DNA of 64,000 nucleotides, from assembly GCA_963713045.1 (NCBI GenBank), contig CAVQKE010000005.1, positions 128,001 through 192,000 of the forward strand, given 5' to 3'. Shown in pieces: positions 47,210 through 56,958 of this stretch. Under the pieces are notes generated by a model. The model was not told the DNA's origin and did not search any database. It worked only from the letters and a program-made list of their open reading frames with translations. This stretch comes from an uncultured delta proteobacterium. GTDB taxonomy: Bacteria; Myxococcota; Myxococcia; Myxococcales; Myxococcaceae. Within the stretch, counting starts at the first letter, position 1; each line of letters opens with the position of its first letter. Position numbers and translations under genes: made by a program.

Positions 47210-48202
47210 CTAGAAGGCCTTGGGGGACAGCCCGAGGCGCTGGAGCTCGGCCTGGGCGGAGGCGGCCTCGGGTGTCCCAGGGAAGCCGTGCACCACCCGG
47301 CTGCAGGCCGCTTGCGCCTCGGGTAGGTGTTGCAACCGCGCTTCGATGGCGCACAACTCCGAAAGAAGGGGCAGCGCCTGCGCGCCGGAGACGTCCTTCA
47401 GACGAAGGAGGAGGGTTTGGCGCCGCGCCTCATCGCGCGTGCGCTGGGCGGAAGCGTCGACGGGAGCTGCTTGCGCAGCGGGTGCGGCGGCCGCTTGCGC
47501 GTCGGCTTCTGCAGTGCCGCGGAGGCCGGACACGGTGACAGTTTGGGGCGCGGGGGCGCCGCCGGCTGAAGCCCGCGCTGCAGGCGCCCCGTACAGGGTT
47601 GGCTGGGCCGCGGCCCGGGCGTCGGCGCCGCTGGTGGCCTTCAGGGACTCCGTGGCCGCCACTTCGGCCCGGGGCGAGGCTTCGCGCGTTGCGACCGGAG
47701 GCGGCGGGGGCGCCATGGCCTTGGCCTTCTTCGCCGAGGCGGCGCTGGGTGCAGAGGCAAGCGCCACGTTCCCCGGTGCGGCGCCGGCCGAGGGCTGCGC
47801 TTCGTTGGCGGCCAGGGCACCCTGCGGCAAGGCCGCCGGCGCCGGCGCGCTGGCCACGGCGGAGGGTGCCTCGGGTACCACCGCGGGGCGGAGCGAGATG
47901 AGGACCAGGGCGGCAGCCAGGGCGGCTGTCACCAGCGTCCCCGCCCGGAAGGCCAGGCGCCGGCGCCGGGTGCGTTCGGCGGTTTGCCGTGCGGCGAGGA
48001 GAAGCGCTTCGGCGCCTCCCGCCGGCAACTCTCGGGGAAGGGCCCGCGCGGCACCGCGGACGGCCCGGTAGCCCGCCACGTGGCTCGCGCACTCGGGACA
48101 GCGGTCCAGGTGCGCTTGCACACGGCGAGCCTCCTCGGGGGAAAGCTCGCCGTAGACGTAGTCCAACAGCGCGTCGCTGGGGTGGGGGCCGGGCGCCGTC
48201 AT
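47210..48202 (-). CDS. Anti-sigma factor, zf-HC2
   Basis: LLDYVYGEL....HLDRCPEC; one TM; coupled to the ECF sigma gene. Confidence 0.87.
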   Translation of the reverse strand: MTAPGPHPSDALLDYVYGELSPEEARRVQAHLDRCPECASHVAGYRAVRGAARALPRELPAGGAEALLLAARQTAERTRRRRLAFRAGTLVTAALAAALVLISLRPAVVPEAPSAVASAPAPAALPQGALAANEAQPSAGAAPGNVALASAPSAASAKKAKAMAPPPPPVATREASPRAEVAATESLKATSGADARAAAQPTLYGAPAARASAGGAPAPQTVTVSGLRGTAEADAQAAAAPAAQAAPVDASAQRTRDEARRQTLLLRLKDVSGAQALPLLSELCAIEARLQHLPEAQAACSRVVHGFPGTPEAASAQAELQRLGLSPKAF

Positions 48203-48774
48203 CGAGGGGCCTCCTCCATCGGGGCCGTCACCCCGGCACGGCTGAGCTGCTTTCTCAGCGCCTCCAGGGCGTAGCGCATCCGGCTCTTCACGGTGGGCAC
48301 TGGGACGCCGGTAATGCTGGCAATCTCGGCAAAGGGAACACCGGCCACCTCGCGCAGCAGAAACACCTCGCGCTGCTCCGGCGGCAGATGAGCCACCGAG
48401 GCCTCGAGGAGGCGCCGCAGCTCGGCCGAGCCGGCGCCGCGCTCTGGGTTACTCCACGCAGTCGCAGCGTCCACCGGCTCCTCGTCCAGCGGCTCGGTCG
48501 CCCGGAGCGCCGCGCGGCGCACCCCGTCCACGCAGGCGTTGCGAGCGATGGTGTACACCCAAGTCATGAATCTCGCCGTCGGCTGGTAGCTGCCCGCGCC
48601 ACGCACCACGTGAAGCCAAGTTTCCTGCAACACATCCTCCGCTCGGGAATTGTCCTGTGTCAGCCGCAGGACGAAGGCGAAGACGCGGGCGTGGTGCCGC
48701 TGCACCAGCACGGCGAAGGCTCCGCCGTCCCCCTTGCGGTAACGCCCCATCAACTCTTCGTCCGAGGGCTCCAC
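48199..48774 (-). CDS. ECF RNA polymerase sigma factor
   Basis: DEELM, AEDVLQETW, F.TWVYTIARN, LP.EQREVF.L, EIA, TVKSRMRYA. Confidence 0.93.
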   Translation of the reverse strand: MEPSDEELMGRYRKGDGGAFAVLVQRHHARVFAFVLRLTQDNSRAEDVLQETWLHVVRGAGSYQPTARFMTWVYTIARNACVDGVRRAALRATEPLDEEPVDAATAWSNPERGAGSAELRRLLEASVAHLPPEQREVFLLREVAGVPFAEIASITGVPVPTVKSRMRYALEALRKQLSRAGVTAPMEEAPR

Positions 48775-48844
48775 GGGCTTCAACGCACAGAAGCGTGAAG
48801 AAGTTTTAGCCGAAATGCAGTGGGGCGGCCTGGCAGTCGAGCGC

Positions 48845-49633
48845 CTACCCGGCCCCGGGCGGGGCCGGGTCCACCTCCACCGTCCGGACGCCGGGCGGGG
48901 GGTGCACGGCAAAGAGGGCTGCATCCGGCGGCACGTCCACTTCGACGTCGGTGGGACTCCACCGCAGGACCACCGTGGCGCTGGCGTCGCTGAACGTCAC
49001 CTTGCGCGGGAGGGCCGCGCCGCCGGTGTTGGAGGGCTGCTCGAGAAGAAGCGTGTAGCCACCCGGGCCTTCGAGGACGCTTTTCAGGACGCGTCGACTC
49101 ACCGCGTGCACCCACACCGTCTGCCGGCGCTCGCCCTGCACCAGCGTTACCCGGTAAGCGTCCATCGAGGCGTCGGGCTCAATCGACGTCGGCGCGACGT
49201 GGAGCCGGGGCGTGCGGCCGAGGAGAATGGCCACCAAGTCCTGGCTCGAGAGGTCGACCGGAAGAACGCGGGAAATGGCCGAGGCGGTGGCCGGGCCGGT
49301 GAGGTACGTCCCCTTGTCGCTTTGGTAGAGGCCGAAGGTGTGGCCGTCCGAGACGAGGACCTGTGTCGGGGCCCCGAAAAAGTTGAGCAGCTCCAGGTGC
49401 ACATCCGCTGGGGCGCGGGCGGCGATGAAGGCCCCCACCTCGCCGCTCCCCTGTTTGGAATGGGCCTGCACCCGGGCCGAGCCCTTTACCTGCACCACCT
49501 GGCTCTCGAGCGCGTCGACTTGCTGAAGCAGTGCCGTCGCGCTGGGCATGGGAAGCTGCCCCAACTCCACGTGGGCACAGCCCACGAGGCCCATGCTAAG
49601 CGCCAGGAACAACTGGCGGCCGGCGCTGTTCAT
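48845..49633 (-). CDS. LolB/DUF4292-like lipoprotein
   Basis: Lipobox LVGC; P...HLELLNFFG.P..L.SDG pattern. Confidence 0.65.
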   Translation of the reverse strand: MNSAGRQLFLALSMGLVGCAHVELGQLPMPSATALLQQVDALESQVVQVKGSARVQAHSKQGSGEVGAFIAARAPADVHLELLNFFGAPTQVLVSDGHTFGLYQSDKGTYLTGPATASAISRVLPVDLSSQDLVAILLGRTPRLHVAPTSIEPDASMDAYRVTLVQGERRQTVWVHAVSRRVLKSVLEGPGGYTLLLEQPSNTGGAALPRKVTFSDASATVVLRWSPTDVEVDVPPDAALFAVHPPPGVRTVEVDPAPPGAG

Positions 49634-49687
49634 AGCGGGCCAAAAAGCACGTAACGTGCAGACTCCACAAGGGTTAGAGATGACTTC

Positions 49688-50386
49688 ATGAGTCCGAGCG
49701 AGTTGCTCCATTACCTCCGCCTAGGCGGCCTCACCCTCATTCTGATTCTCCTCGCCTCGGTGCTGAGCCTGGGCGTGGCCGTGGAACGGTGGATGGCCCT
49801 GTGGAATGTCAGCGGCGAAAGCCGCGCGCTGAGCGACGTCATCAGCCGCCACCTTCTGCGCGGAGACGTGCCTTCGGCGCGCGGTGCCGCCGAGCGCTCG
49901 CCGGCCTTGATTGCCGACCTCTTCCGGGTGGCCTTCGAGCGGCTCGAGCACACCCGTGCCGTGACTCCGGCCCTGGAGGCCGCGGTCGAGCGCGAGCGCG
50001 CGCAGCTTCAGCTGCGGCTGAAGAAGAACCTGTGGATTTTGGGCACGGTGGGCGCGACCACGCCCTTCATCGGCCTCTTTGGCACGGTCGCCGGCATCAT
50101 GCGCAGCTTCCGAGACTTGGGCATCGACGTGTCCGCCGGCGGCACCGGTGGGAGCGCCGCTGTGATGACCGGCATCAGCGAGGCGCTGGTCTCCACCGCT
50201 GCCGGCATTCTCGTCGCCGTGCTGGCGGTGGTGCTCTACAACTACTTCCAGTCCCGCATCGGCCGCATCAACATTGAAATCCGGCTGTTGGCCGAGGAAT
50301 TCGTCGAGACGCTGCGCGAGCGGCCGACGACGCCGCTGGCGCTGCAGGTCGAGCCCCCGACGACGGCTTCGGCAGAGGCGAACTGA
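49688..50386 (+). CDS. MotA/TolQ/ExbB proton channel
   Basis: PFIGLFGTV.GIM..F; GISEALV.TAAG. Confidence 0.93.
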   Translation: MSPSELLHYLRLGGLTLILILLASVLSLGVAVERWMALWNVSGESRALSDVISRHLLRGDVPSARGAAERSPALIADLFRVAFERLEHTRAVTPALEAAVERERAQLQLRLKKNLWILGTVGATTPFIGLFGTVAGIMRSFRDLGIDVSAGGTGGSAAVMTGISEALVSTAAGILVAVLAVVLYNYFQSRIGRINIEIRLLAEEFVETLRERPTTPLALQVEPPTTASAEAN

Positions 50387-50390
50387 CGCC

Positions 50391-50843
50391 GTGGCGATGA
50401 ATATTCCAGGGGGCGATGGAGAGGACGCGGATGGCGTCTTCAGTGAAATCAACATCACGCCCCTCACCGACATTTTCCTGGTGCTGCTCATCATCTTCAT
50501 GGTGACCAGCTCGGTCATCGTCAACCAGGGCCAGGGCGCGGCCAAAGCGGGCCTCAAAGTCAATCTGCCCAAGGGCAGCGCCTCGGACGTCACGCCGGCC
50601 ACCACCGACCTCTCGGTGGCGGTGCTGTCCGACGGTCGCCTGGTACTGGCCGGCGATGTGGTGACGGCAGACGAGCTGAAGAAGGCACTGGCCGCAGCCG
50701 AGGCGAAAAACCCCAGCACCCTGGTCGTCATCCAGGCCGACGAGGGCGTGCCACACGGCAAGGTGGTGGCAGTGATGGAGATGGCCAAGGGCGCCGGGCT
50801 GGCGCAGCTGGCCATCGGCGTGCGCGAGGCGCCGCAGAAGTAA
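50391..50843 (+). CDS. ExbD/TolR family protein
   Basis: SEINITPLTDIFLVLLIIFMV; VNLP; IQAD. Confidence 0.93.
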   Translation: MAMNIPGGDGEDADGVFSEINITPLTDIFLVLLIIFMVTSSVIVNQGQGAAKAGLKVNLPKGSASDVTPATTDLSVAVLSDGRLVLAGDVVTADELKKALAAAEAKNPSTLVVIQADEGVPHGKVVAVMEMAKGAGLAQLAIGVREAPQK

Positions 50844-50910
50844 CGTCTCCTGTCACAGCTGGAAGACTCGCCCCCGGCGTGCCCACTGCAGGAAGGAGCG
50901 TTTCCAACTC

Positions 50911-50932
50911 GCCTCCCCCCCCCCGGGGAGGC
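50911..50932. terminator. GC hairpin between convergent genes
   Basis: gcctcccc-(c)n-ggggaggc; no U tract. Confidence 0.35.
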
Positions 50933-50961
50933 CACTGGGGTGCGGAGCCGGTGGTTGGGGT

Positions 50962-52701
50962 TCAGCCCTCGCTTGACGCTTGGGAGTTCCGGTTCAACGA
51001 CGCCTCGAAGTGCTGGAAGTTGTTTCGACCGAGTTGTTTGGCGCGATAGAGCGCCTTGTCCGCACTCGCCACCAGACTGTCGACGTCGGTCCCATCATCG
51101 GGATAGCAGCTGATGCCGATGCTGGCAGAGACGGTGGTCGGTTTGCCGTCGACCAGAAATGGCTCGGTAAACAGCCCAAGAATTTTTGCCGCCATTTTGT
51201 CCGCCGCTGACGTTGTCGGACGGCTGCTGCTGAGAAACAGCATGAATTCGTCGCCGCCCATTCTGGCCACGGTGTCCTCTGCCCTGAGGGAGGCTTTGAG
51301 GCGCTGAGCCGCCTGAATCAACAATTCATCGCCCGCCGCATGGCCCAGGCTGTCATTGATGCGCTTGAAGAAGTCGAGGTCCACAAACATCACGCTGATG
51401 GTCTCCTTTCGCCGTTGGGCCTGTTGAATGCCGAGCGCCAGGCGATCTCTGAACAGTGCGCGGTTGGGGAGGTCGGTCAGGGCATCGTGAGAGGCCCGGT
51501 GGTGGGTGGCTTCTTCGGCTTCTTTTCTTCCGGTGATGTCGATGAGGCTTCCCTCCATCACCGCCTCGCCCGGCGTCTCTCCCGGAATGACTCTCTCGTT
51601 GAGGAGGCCCCACAGGGGGGCGCCGCCGCGACGCTTGAGGCGAACTTCGCAGTTCACCAGTGCGCGCTTGTCGTGAAGATGTTCAAGGAAAGATTTGCGG
51701 TCGGCGAGGTCGAGGTACAGGTCGGCGGCGGAGCGCTGCAGCAATTCGCCCGTCGAGTCATAGCCCAGCAGCCGAGCCAGGGCCGAGTTGCACTCCAAAA
51801 GCTTGCCGTCGAGCGTCGTCCGGTACAGGCCAGCTGGGCTCCGTTCAAACAGGTCGCGGTAACGCTGCTCGGAAGCAAGCAGTGCGCTCTCGTTGCGTGA
51901 GAGCAACATCGCCGCTTGCTGCGTCGCCAACATCCCAATCCCCGCCAGGATGAGTGCAATGGCCACAATTGCGCCCACCAGAAGCTTGTGCACGCGTCGA
52001 GCCGCGTCTCCGAGCGTGCTCGAGAACTCGTCCTCCAGAATGGTCAGCCTGACGTTCAAACCGGAGACGTCGGTCCTGAGCGCGTTGCGTTCCTCCGGCG
52101 ACAAGGGTCCGCCCGAGACCCGGGCGTGGATGCGTTCGCCCAGAGCGCGGAGTTCCTCGATGAGGCGGTCGCCCTGGGCCCACACCGCGATGGCGTGGTC
52201 CATTTCGGGGACCCAGCGAAACCGGCGGAACAGCATCATCATGCTGTCCACGTCGTCCGGATGGTTTCGGCCGCCGAGTAGCCCTCCCCTCGCCAGCGCC
52301 AGGTCTGGAGCAGCCTGCTCGAGCGTCTCTCGGGCCAGCCGGTCGCCCTTTTGAACGAGGAGGTGGTCCTCGAAATCGCGGTAGTCCGCCTCGAGGGTCG
52401 TGTCGAGGTAGGCGGCCAGGCTGATGGTGGCGTCCTTTTCGGCCTTGGACCACAGACCTTCGCCACCGACGTAGGCACGAACGCTCGACTGGAGGCCAAT
52501 TCCGAGGATGGCCAGCCCAGACAAGATGAACAGCAGCACTGCGAACAAGCACACCAGGGACACCAGGGCGCGCTGGATGAGGTGCAGCCGCCTGGTGTCG
52601 CGTTCTCTCAGCGCCGCATAGGGTAGCACTTCACTGGGGTCACCCTCGGAGCGCCCACACCACGCCACAGGTCGCACTGCGGCGCCGGACCTCACACTCA
52701 A
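50962..52701 (-). CDS. Membrane diguanylate cyclase (extracytoplasmic sensor-PAS-GGDEF); start uncertain
   Basis: Two TM helices, PAS, HDALTDLPNR, DLDFFK.IND..GH..GD, RAED I-site, intact GGDEF. Confidence 0.92.
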   Translation of the reverse strand: MSVRSGAAVRPVAWCGRSEGDPSEVLPYAALRERDTRRLHLIQRALVSLVCLFAVLLFILSGLAILGIGLQSSVRAYVGGEGLWSKAEKDATISLAAYLDTTLEADYRDFEDHLLVQKGDRLARETLEQAAPDLALARGGLLGGRNHPDDVDSMMMLFRRFRWVPEMDHAIAVWAQGDRLIEELRALGERIHARVSGGPLSPEERNALRTDVSGLNVRLTILEDEFSSTLGDAARRVHKLLVGAIVAIALILAGIGMLATQQAAMLLSRNESALLASEQRYRDLFERSPAGLYRTTLDGKLLECNSALARLLGYDSTGELLQRSAADLYLDLADRKSFLEHLHDKRALVNCEVRLKRRGGAPLWGLLNERVIPGETPGEAVMEGSLIDITGRKEAEEATHHRASHDALTDLPNRALFRDRLALGIQQAQRRKETISVMFVDLDFFKRINDSLGHAAGDELLIQAAQRLKASLRAEDTVARMGGDEFMLFLSSSRPTTSAADKMAAKILGLFTEPFLVDGKPTTVSASIGISCYPDDGTDVDSLVASADKALYRAKQLGRNNFQHFEASLNRNSQASSEG

Positions 52702-52755
52702 CAGCCCCCAGTTGGCTTTGAAGTTTCTTGGCCAACAATGCCAACAGCCGGGGCC

Positions 52756-54597
52756 TCAGCCTGCGCTGAAGCCGGCGTCCGGAATGTCCAAGGCCGAGGC
52801 GTCTTCCTGCATCATCAACTTTGCCTCGGCTTCGACCTTCGGCAACTCATTGCGCGCAAACCACAAGGCCGCCTGCTTCTTGCCCTCATAGAAGGCCTTG
52901 TCGCTCGCGCCTTCGGCGAGACTGCCCTGGGCGGCCTCGGCAATGACCGCCGCGTCCAACAGCAACCAGCCGACGGCGAGGCGCGCCATCATGGTGAGGA
53001 AGCGGTTGGCGTTGAGGCCAATCAGGCCCAGCTGTCCGGACTGGCTCCAGCTGAGGAGTCCCATGGCAGCGGACATCAGGTGCTCTTGCCCGGCGGCCAG
53101 GTTGGCCACGGCCGGACCCAGCACAGTGTGGCTCCGGTGCGCCTCGACAAAGTTGCCGACGTCCTGAAGGAAGGCCTGGAAGTATTGGCCCCCGGCCTGG
53201 CCCAGCTTTCGGCCCACCAAGTCCATCGCCTGGATGTGGTTGGTGCCTTCATAGATGCTGGTGATTTTGACGTCCCGGACCGACTGTTCCACCGGGTGGT
53301 CCTTGAGGTAGCCCGCGCCGCCGTAGACTTGAAGGGCACTGGCGCAGAGGCGGAAGCCCTCGTCCGAGGCGAAGGCCTTCACCAAGGGAGTGAGGAGCTC
53401 CACCTGGCCATGGTGGTAGCTGGCCTGGGCGTCGTCTTTGCCACGCAGCGCCCGCGAGAAGTCCACGTGGCGGGCCAGCTTGATGAGGAGAGCCCGTATC
53501 CCCTCGACGTGGGCCTTCATCTCGAGCAGCATCCGGCGCACATCCGGGTGCTCGAGAATGGCCACCCGGGGGACGGTTGGGTCCTTCCACTTGGTGTAGT
53601 GCGGGCCTTGTTTGCGCTCTTTGGCGTACTCCAGCGCGTTGAGGTAGGCACTCGAGGCCGCGGCCAGCCCTTGAATGCCGACCAGAATGCGGGCGCCATT
53701 CATCATCTTGAACATCTGGGCCATGCCGGCATTTTCCACGCCCCCCACCAGCTCGCCGACGCAGCCGTCGGCGTCGCCGAAGTTGAGGACGCAGGTGGCC
53801 GAACCATTAATCCCCATTTTGTGCTCAATGGAAGCGACTTGGACGTCGTTGGGTTCCCCCAGCGAACCGTCGGGCAGCACGCGGTTGCGGGGCACAATGA
53901 AAAGCGACAGCCCCTTGGTGCCCGGCGGAGCGCCCTCCACCCGAGCCAGGACGAGGTGAATAATATTTTCCGCGAGGTCGTGGTCCCCGCCGGAAATGAA
54001 AACCTTGGTGCCCTTCACTCGGTAGGTGCCGTCCGGCAGCCGGCGCGCGGTGCTTTTCGCCGCGCCGACGTCGGTGCCGGCCTGGGCCTCGGTGAGGCAC
54101 ATCGTGCCGCCCCAGGTGCCGTTGTACATGCGCTCGACGTAGCGCTTCGCCTGCTCGGGCGTAGCGCATTCCTCGATGAGTTCGGCCGCACCGAAGGCGA
54201 GGCCTGGGTACATGGCGAAGGCCGGGTTGGCGCCGCTCAGCATCTCCTCCACCAGCACGGTGAGCATGACCGGTGCGCCCTGGCCCCCGTACTCCGGCGA
54301 GACGCCCAACGACTTGAAGCCCAATTCGTACAGCTGCCTCCAGGCGTCCCGAAAGCCTTCCGGCGTCTTGACCTGGCCATTGTCCAAGCGGCAGCCACTT
54401 CGGTCGGCGCTTGCATTCAAGGGGCCCAACACCTCGCGCGCGAAGCGGGACGTCTCTTTGAGGATGCTGTGCGCCTCCTCTGCGCTCCACGCCTGGTAGG
54501 GCGGCTGGCCCACCACCTCAGCCAACTTGAATTGTTCGAGCAGCAGAAACGACAGCTCGCGCATGTCGTTTCGGTACCAATTGAGGGCAATAGCCAC
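52756..54597 (-). CDS. Acyl-CoA dehydrogenase
   Basis: GTMCLTEAQAGTD, GTKVFISGG, EHKMG, MMN.AR, IYEGTN.IQAMDL. Confidence 0.95.
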   Translation of the reverse strand: MAIALNWYRNDMRELSFLLLEQFKLAEVVGQPPYQAWSAEEAHSILKETSRFAREVLGPLNASADRSGCRLDNGQVKTPEGFRDAWRQLYELGFKSLGVSPEYGGQGAPVMLTVLVEEMLSGANPAFAMYPGLAFGAAELIEECATPEQAKRYVERMYNGTWGGTMCLTEAQAGTDVGAAKSTARRLPDGTYRVKGTKVFISGGDHDLAENIIHLVLARVEGAPPGTKGLSLFIVPRNRVLPDGSLGEPNDVQVASIEHKMGINGSATCVLNFGDADGCVGELVGGVENAGMAQMFKMMNGARILVGIQGLAAASSAYLNALEYAKERKQGPHYTKWKDPTVPRVAILEHPDVRRMLLEMKAHVEGIRALLIKLARHVDFSRALRGKDDAQASYHHGQVELLTPLVKAFASDEGFRLCASALQVYGGAGYLKDHPVEQSVRDVKITSIYEGTNHIQAMDLVGRKLGQAGGQYFQAFLQDVGNFVEAHRSHTVLGPAVANLAAGQEHLMSAAMGLLSWSQSGQLGLIGLNANRFLTMMARLAVGWLLLDAAVIAEAAQGSLAEGASDKAFYEGKKQAALWFARNELPKVEAEAKLMMQEDASALDIPDAGFSAG

Positions 54598-54739
54598 GGG
54601 GCGGGGCCTCCAGGCGTGTGGACCACGCCGAGGGAAGTCTGTCGGCTGTTGACTCGTGAGTCAATCCAAAATAACGCCCCGCGTTAGGCGAGCCCTGGAA
54701 GGGCCGAGGTTGCTGCAAAAACGGGGGGTTGGCCCATGC

Positions 54740-55354
54740 CTACTTGCGGGCGGACTTCTTGGGGGGACTTTTGCGCGCCGCGGGCGCGGGCTTTTTCACC
54801 AGCGGGGTGGGCGGCGGGGACGGGCGAGGTTCTACCGGCTTGGGCGGCGGCTGGTGCAGGCTTTCCTTCGGTGCCGGAACCAGCAGCGGCGGCTGCCCTG
54901 CGCGCTGACGGTTTTCGTCGTCGGCCGAGTAGAAGAGTTGCACCAGCGCCGAGCCGCGGAGGACCAGCTCGCCCTTCTGGTTTTCCGCCCAGACGTCCAC
55001 CTCGGTGAAGTACTTCCCCGTCTCGCCCCAGCGCTCCATCACCCGGCCCTTGGCCACCACGGTGTCGCCAGGCCAGACAATTTTCGAGAAGCGCACCGTG
55101 TAGCGGCGTAGCTGTGCGCCCCGGCTCCAGTCGGAGACCAGCTGGCCCAACATCCCCATCACCAGCATTCCGGGGGCGTACACCGACGGCATGCCCAGAG
55201 AGCGCGCGTACGCCTCGTCCACGTGCACCGGGTTGAAGTCCCCCGATGCGCCGGCGTAGCGCGCCAACTGCACCCGGTCCACAGGCCCCTTGGTGAGCGG
55301 CGCCAGCTCGTCACCCAGGTGCACCGCTTCGAAGTAGAGCTTGCGCGCGGGCAT
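54740..55354 (-). CDS. MaoC family dehydratase
   Basis: YAGASGDFNPVHVD. Confidence 0.9.
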   Translation of the reverse strand: MPARKLYFEAVHLGDELAPLTKGPVDRVQLARYAGASGDFNPVHVDEAYARSLGMPSVYAPGMLVMGMLGQLVSDWSRGAQLRRYTVRFSKIVWPGDTVVAKGRVMERWGETGKYFTEVDVWAENQKGELVLRGSALVQLFYSADDENRQRAGQPPLLVPAPKESLHQPPPKPVEPRPSPPPTPLVKKPAPAARKSPPKKSARK

Positions 55355-55368
55355 CGGGCTGTGGCCTC

Positions 55369-55830
55369 TCAGGCCTCCTTGGACGCCGCCCGCACCACCA
55401 GGGTGCGTCGCGCGCGGAAGACCAACGCTCCCTCTTCGTCTCGCCCTTCATCTTCCAGCACGGCCACGTCCATGCGCCCGGCCGGCCCGGTGCGCACCTG
55501 GACGTCGGCCACCCGGGTGGCGACGAAAATGCGGTCGCCCGCCAAAATGGGCCTTTCGTATTCGAAGCTTTGTTCGGCGTGGAGGAGGCTTTTCACGGCG
55601 ACGCCCAACAACTCTCGCAAGTCGGCCGAGGTGTGGAAGCACGCCGGGAAGGTGGGCGGCGCCACCACCGTCGGATAGCCGGCCGCCCGGGCGTACTCCT
55701 CGTCGTAATAGACGGGGTTGAAGTCACCGAGGGCCTCGGCAAACCGGCGAATGGCGCCCTTCTCCACCTCATTCAGCGTGGGCGGCGAGGTCCGCCCAAC
55801 CGCATTCTTGTCGAGTATGGCGATGGCCAA
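55369..55830 (-). CDS. MaoC_dehydrat_N (FAS1-like) partner subunit
   Basis: VEKGAIRRFAEA.GD.NP.Y, APPTF, LHAEQ.FEY.RP. Confidence 0.88.
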   Translation of the reverse strand: MAIAILDKNAVGRTSPPTLNEVEKGAIRRFAEALGDFNPVYYDEEYARAAGYPTVVAPPTFPACFHTSADLRELLGVAVKSLLHAEQSFEYERPILAGDRIFVATRVADVQVRTGPAGRMDVAVLEDEGRDEEGALVFRARRTLVVRAASKEA

Positions 55831-55849
55831 ATCTCCGGTGTGAGAGGGG

Positions 55850-56836
55850 CTATCTGCCCGCCGGCAAATCGAGCACGGTGAGCAGCCCTGGGCTGGCGGC
55901 GGTGAGGCGAGGCGCGGCATGGACGACGAGGTGGGCGGTCGCGGAGTCCCCGGGAATGCCGCCCGGCACTTCCAGCGTGAGGCGGCGGTCCGCCTCCAGC
56001 ACCAGCCGGTCCAGCCCCGAAGCGCCCACCGCCAGCGTCACCTCGAGGCGCACCCGTTCCTGGCCGTCCTGTAGGCCGACCGCCGTCTGGTGGACGCCGG
56101 CCACGTGCCCCTTGGGCACCGGCACCGGGCTGCCCGGGTGGTCCTCCTCGGCAAGCAGCGGAAAAAGCTCCTCCTCAAAGTCATCACAATCCAGCCCCAG
56201 CCCGAGGGCACAGAGCGCGGCGGATTCGACCAGGCCGACGTGGCCCACGCCGTCCTTCTCGGCCAGCGCGGCAAAGGCCTCCTCGGTGAGGCCCGCGCCA
56301 ATTTTGCGCTGGAAGGCCTCGCGGCGCGTGCCAGCATCCACGCTTCGGGTGGCGTGCACATGCCGCACCGCCCCGACCGTCTGTCCGACGGTCGCCACCA
56401 GCCTGTCCAGGACGAAGCCCGGGTTGACGCCGGTCCCCACCACCGAGACGCCGGCCCGCAGCGCGGCCTTCTCCAGCCGCTCGGCAAGCCCCGGGTGCCG
56501 GAGAAAGGGGAACGCCAACTCCTCGCAGGTGGACACCACCGGGTGCCCCTGGCGGAGCGCCTCCAGCAATTCCTCCGCCACCGCGTCCAAGCGCGAGCCG
56601 GTGGCGTGCAGCACCACCGCGCCGGCGTGGGCGCCGCGCAAGCTGTCCTTCACCTGCACCTTCGACTCCAGATGCAGCAGCTCGCCCAGCGAGGCGCCGA
56701 CCAGCTGTGGGGCAATGTCCACCGCCCCCACGACGTCCAGCTCCTCGGAGGCCAGCGCAGCTCGGGCAATTTCCCGTCCAATGTGGCCGAGCCCCATCAC
56801 CACCACAGGCACCCGCCCGGAAGGGACTCTGCCCAT
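55850..56836 (-). CDS. NAD(P)H-dependent amine dehydrogenase / DapB-like (2,4-diaminopentanoate dehydrogenase family)
   Basis: GLGHIG, VVSTCEEL..P, GTGVNPGFV.D. Confidence 0.82.
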   Translation of the reverse strand: MGRVPSGRVPVVVMGLGHIGREIARAALASEELDVVGAVDIAPQLVGASLGELLHLESKVQVKDSLRGAHAGAVVLHATGSRLDAVAEELLEALRQGHPVVSTCEELAFPFLRHPGLAERLEKAALRAGVSVVGTGVNPGFVLDRLVATVGQTVGAVRHVHATRSVDAGTRREAFQRKIGAGLTEEAFAALAEKDGVGHVGLVESAALCALGLGLDCDDFEEELFPLLAEEDHPGSPVPVPKGHVAGVHQTAVGLQDGQERVRLEVTLAVGASGLDRLVLEADRRLTLEVPGGIPGDSATAHLVVHAAPRLTAASPGLLTVLDLPAGR

Positions 56837-56958
56837 CGCGAGGAATCTCCTGTTTTCAGGGGGTTTGCCTCCGTCCCCGCAGCGGAATTCCCGGTAAACC
56901 TAGACGAGCGCCTCCTCCACCGGCAAGGGTTTAAGGGGGTTGGGGTGGCAAACTCTCC

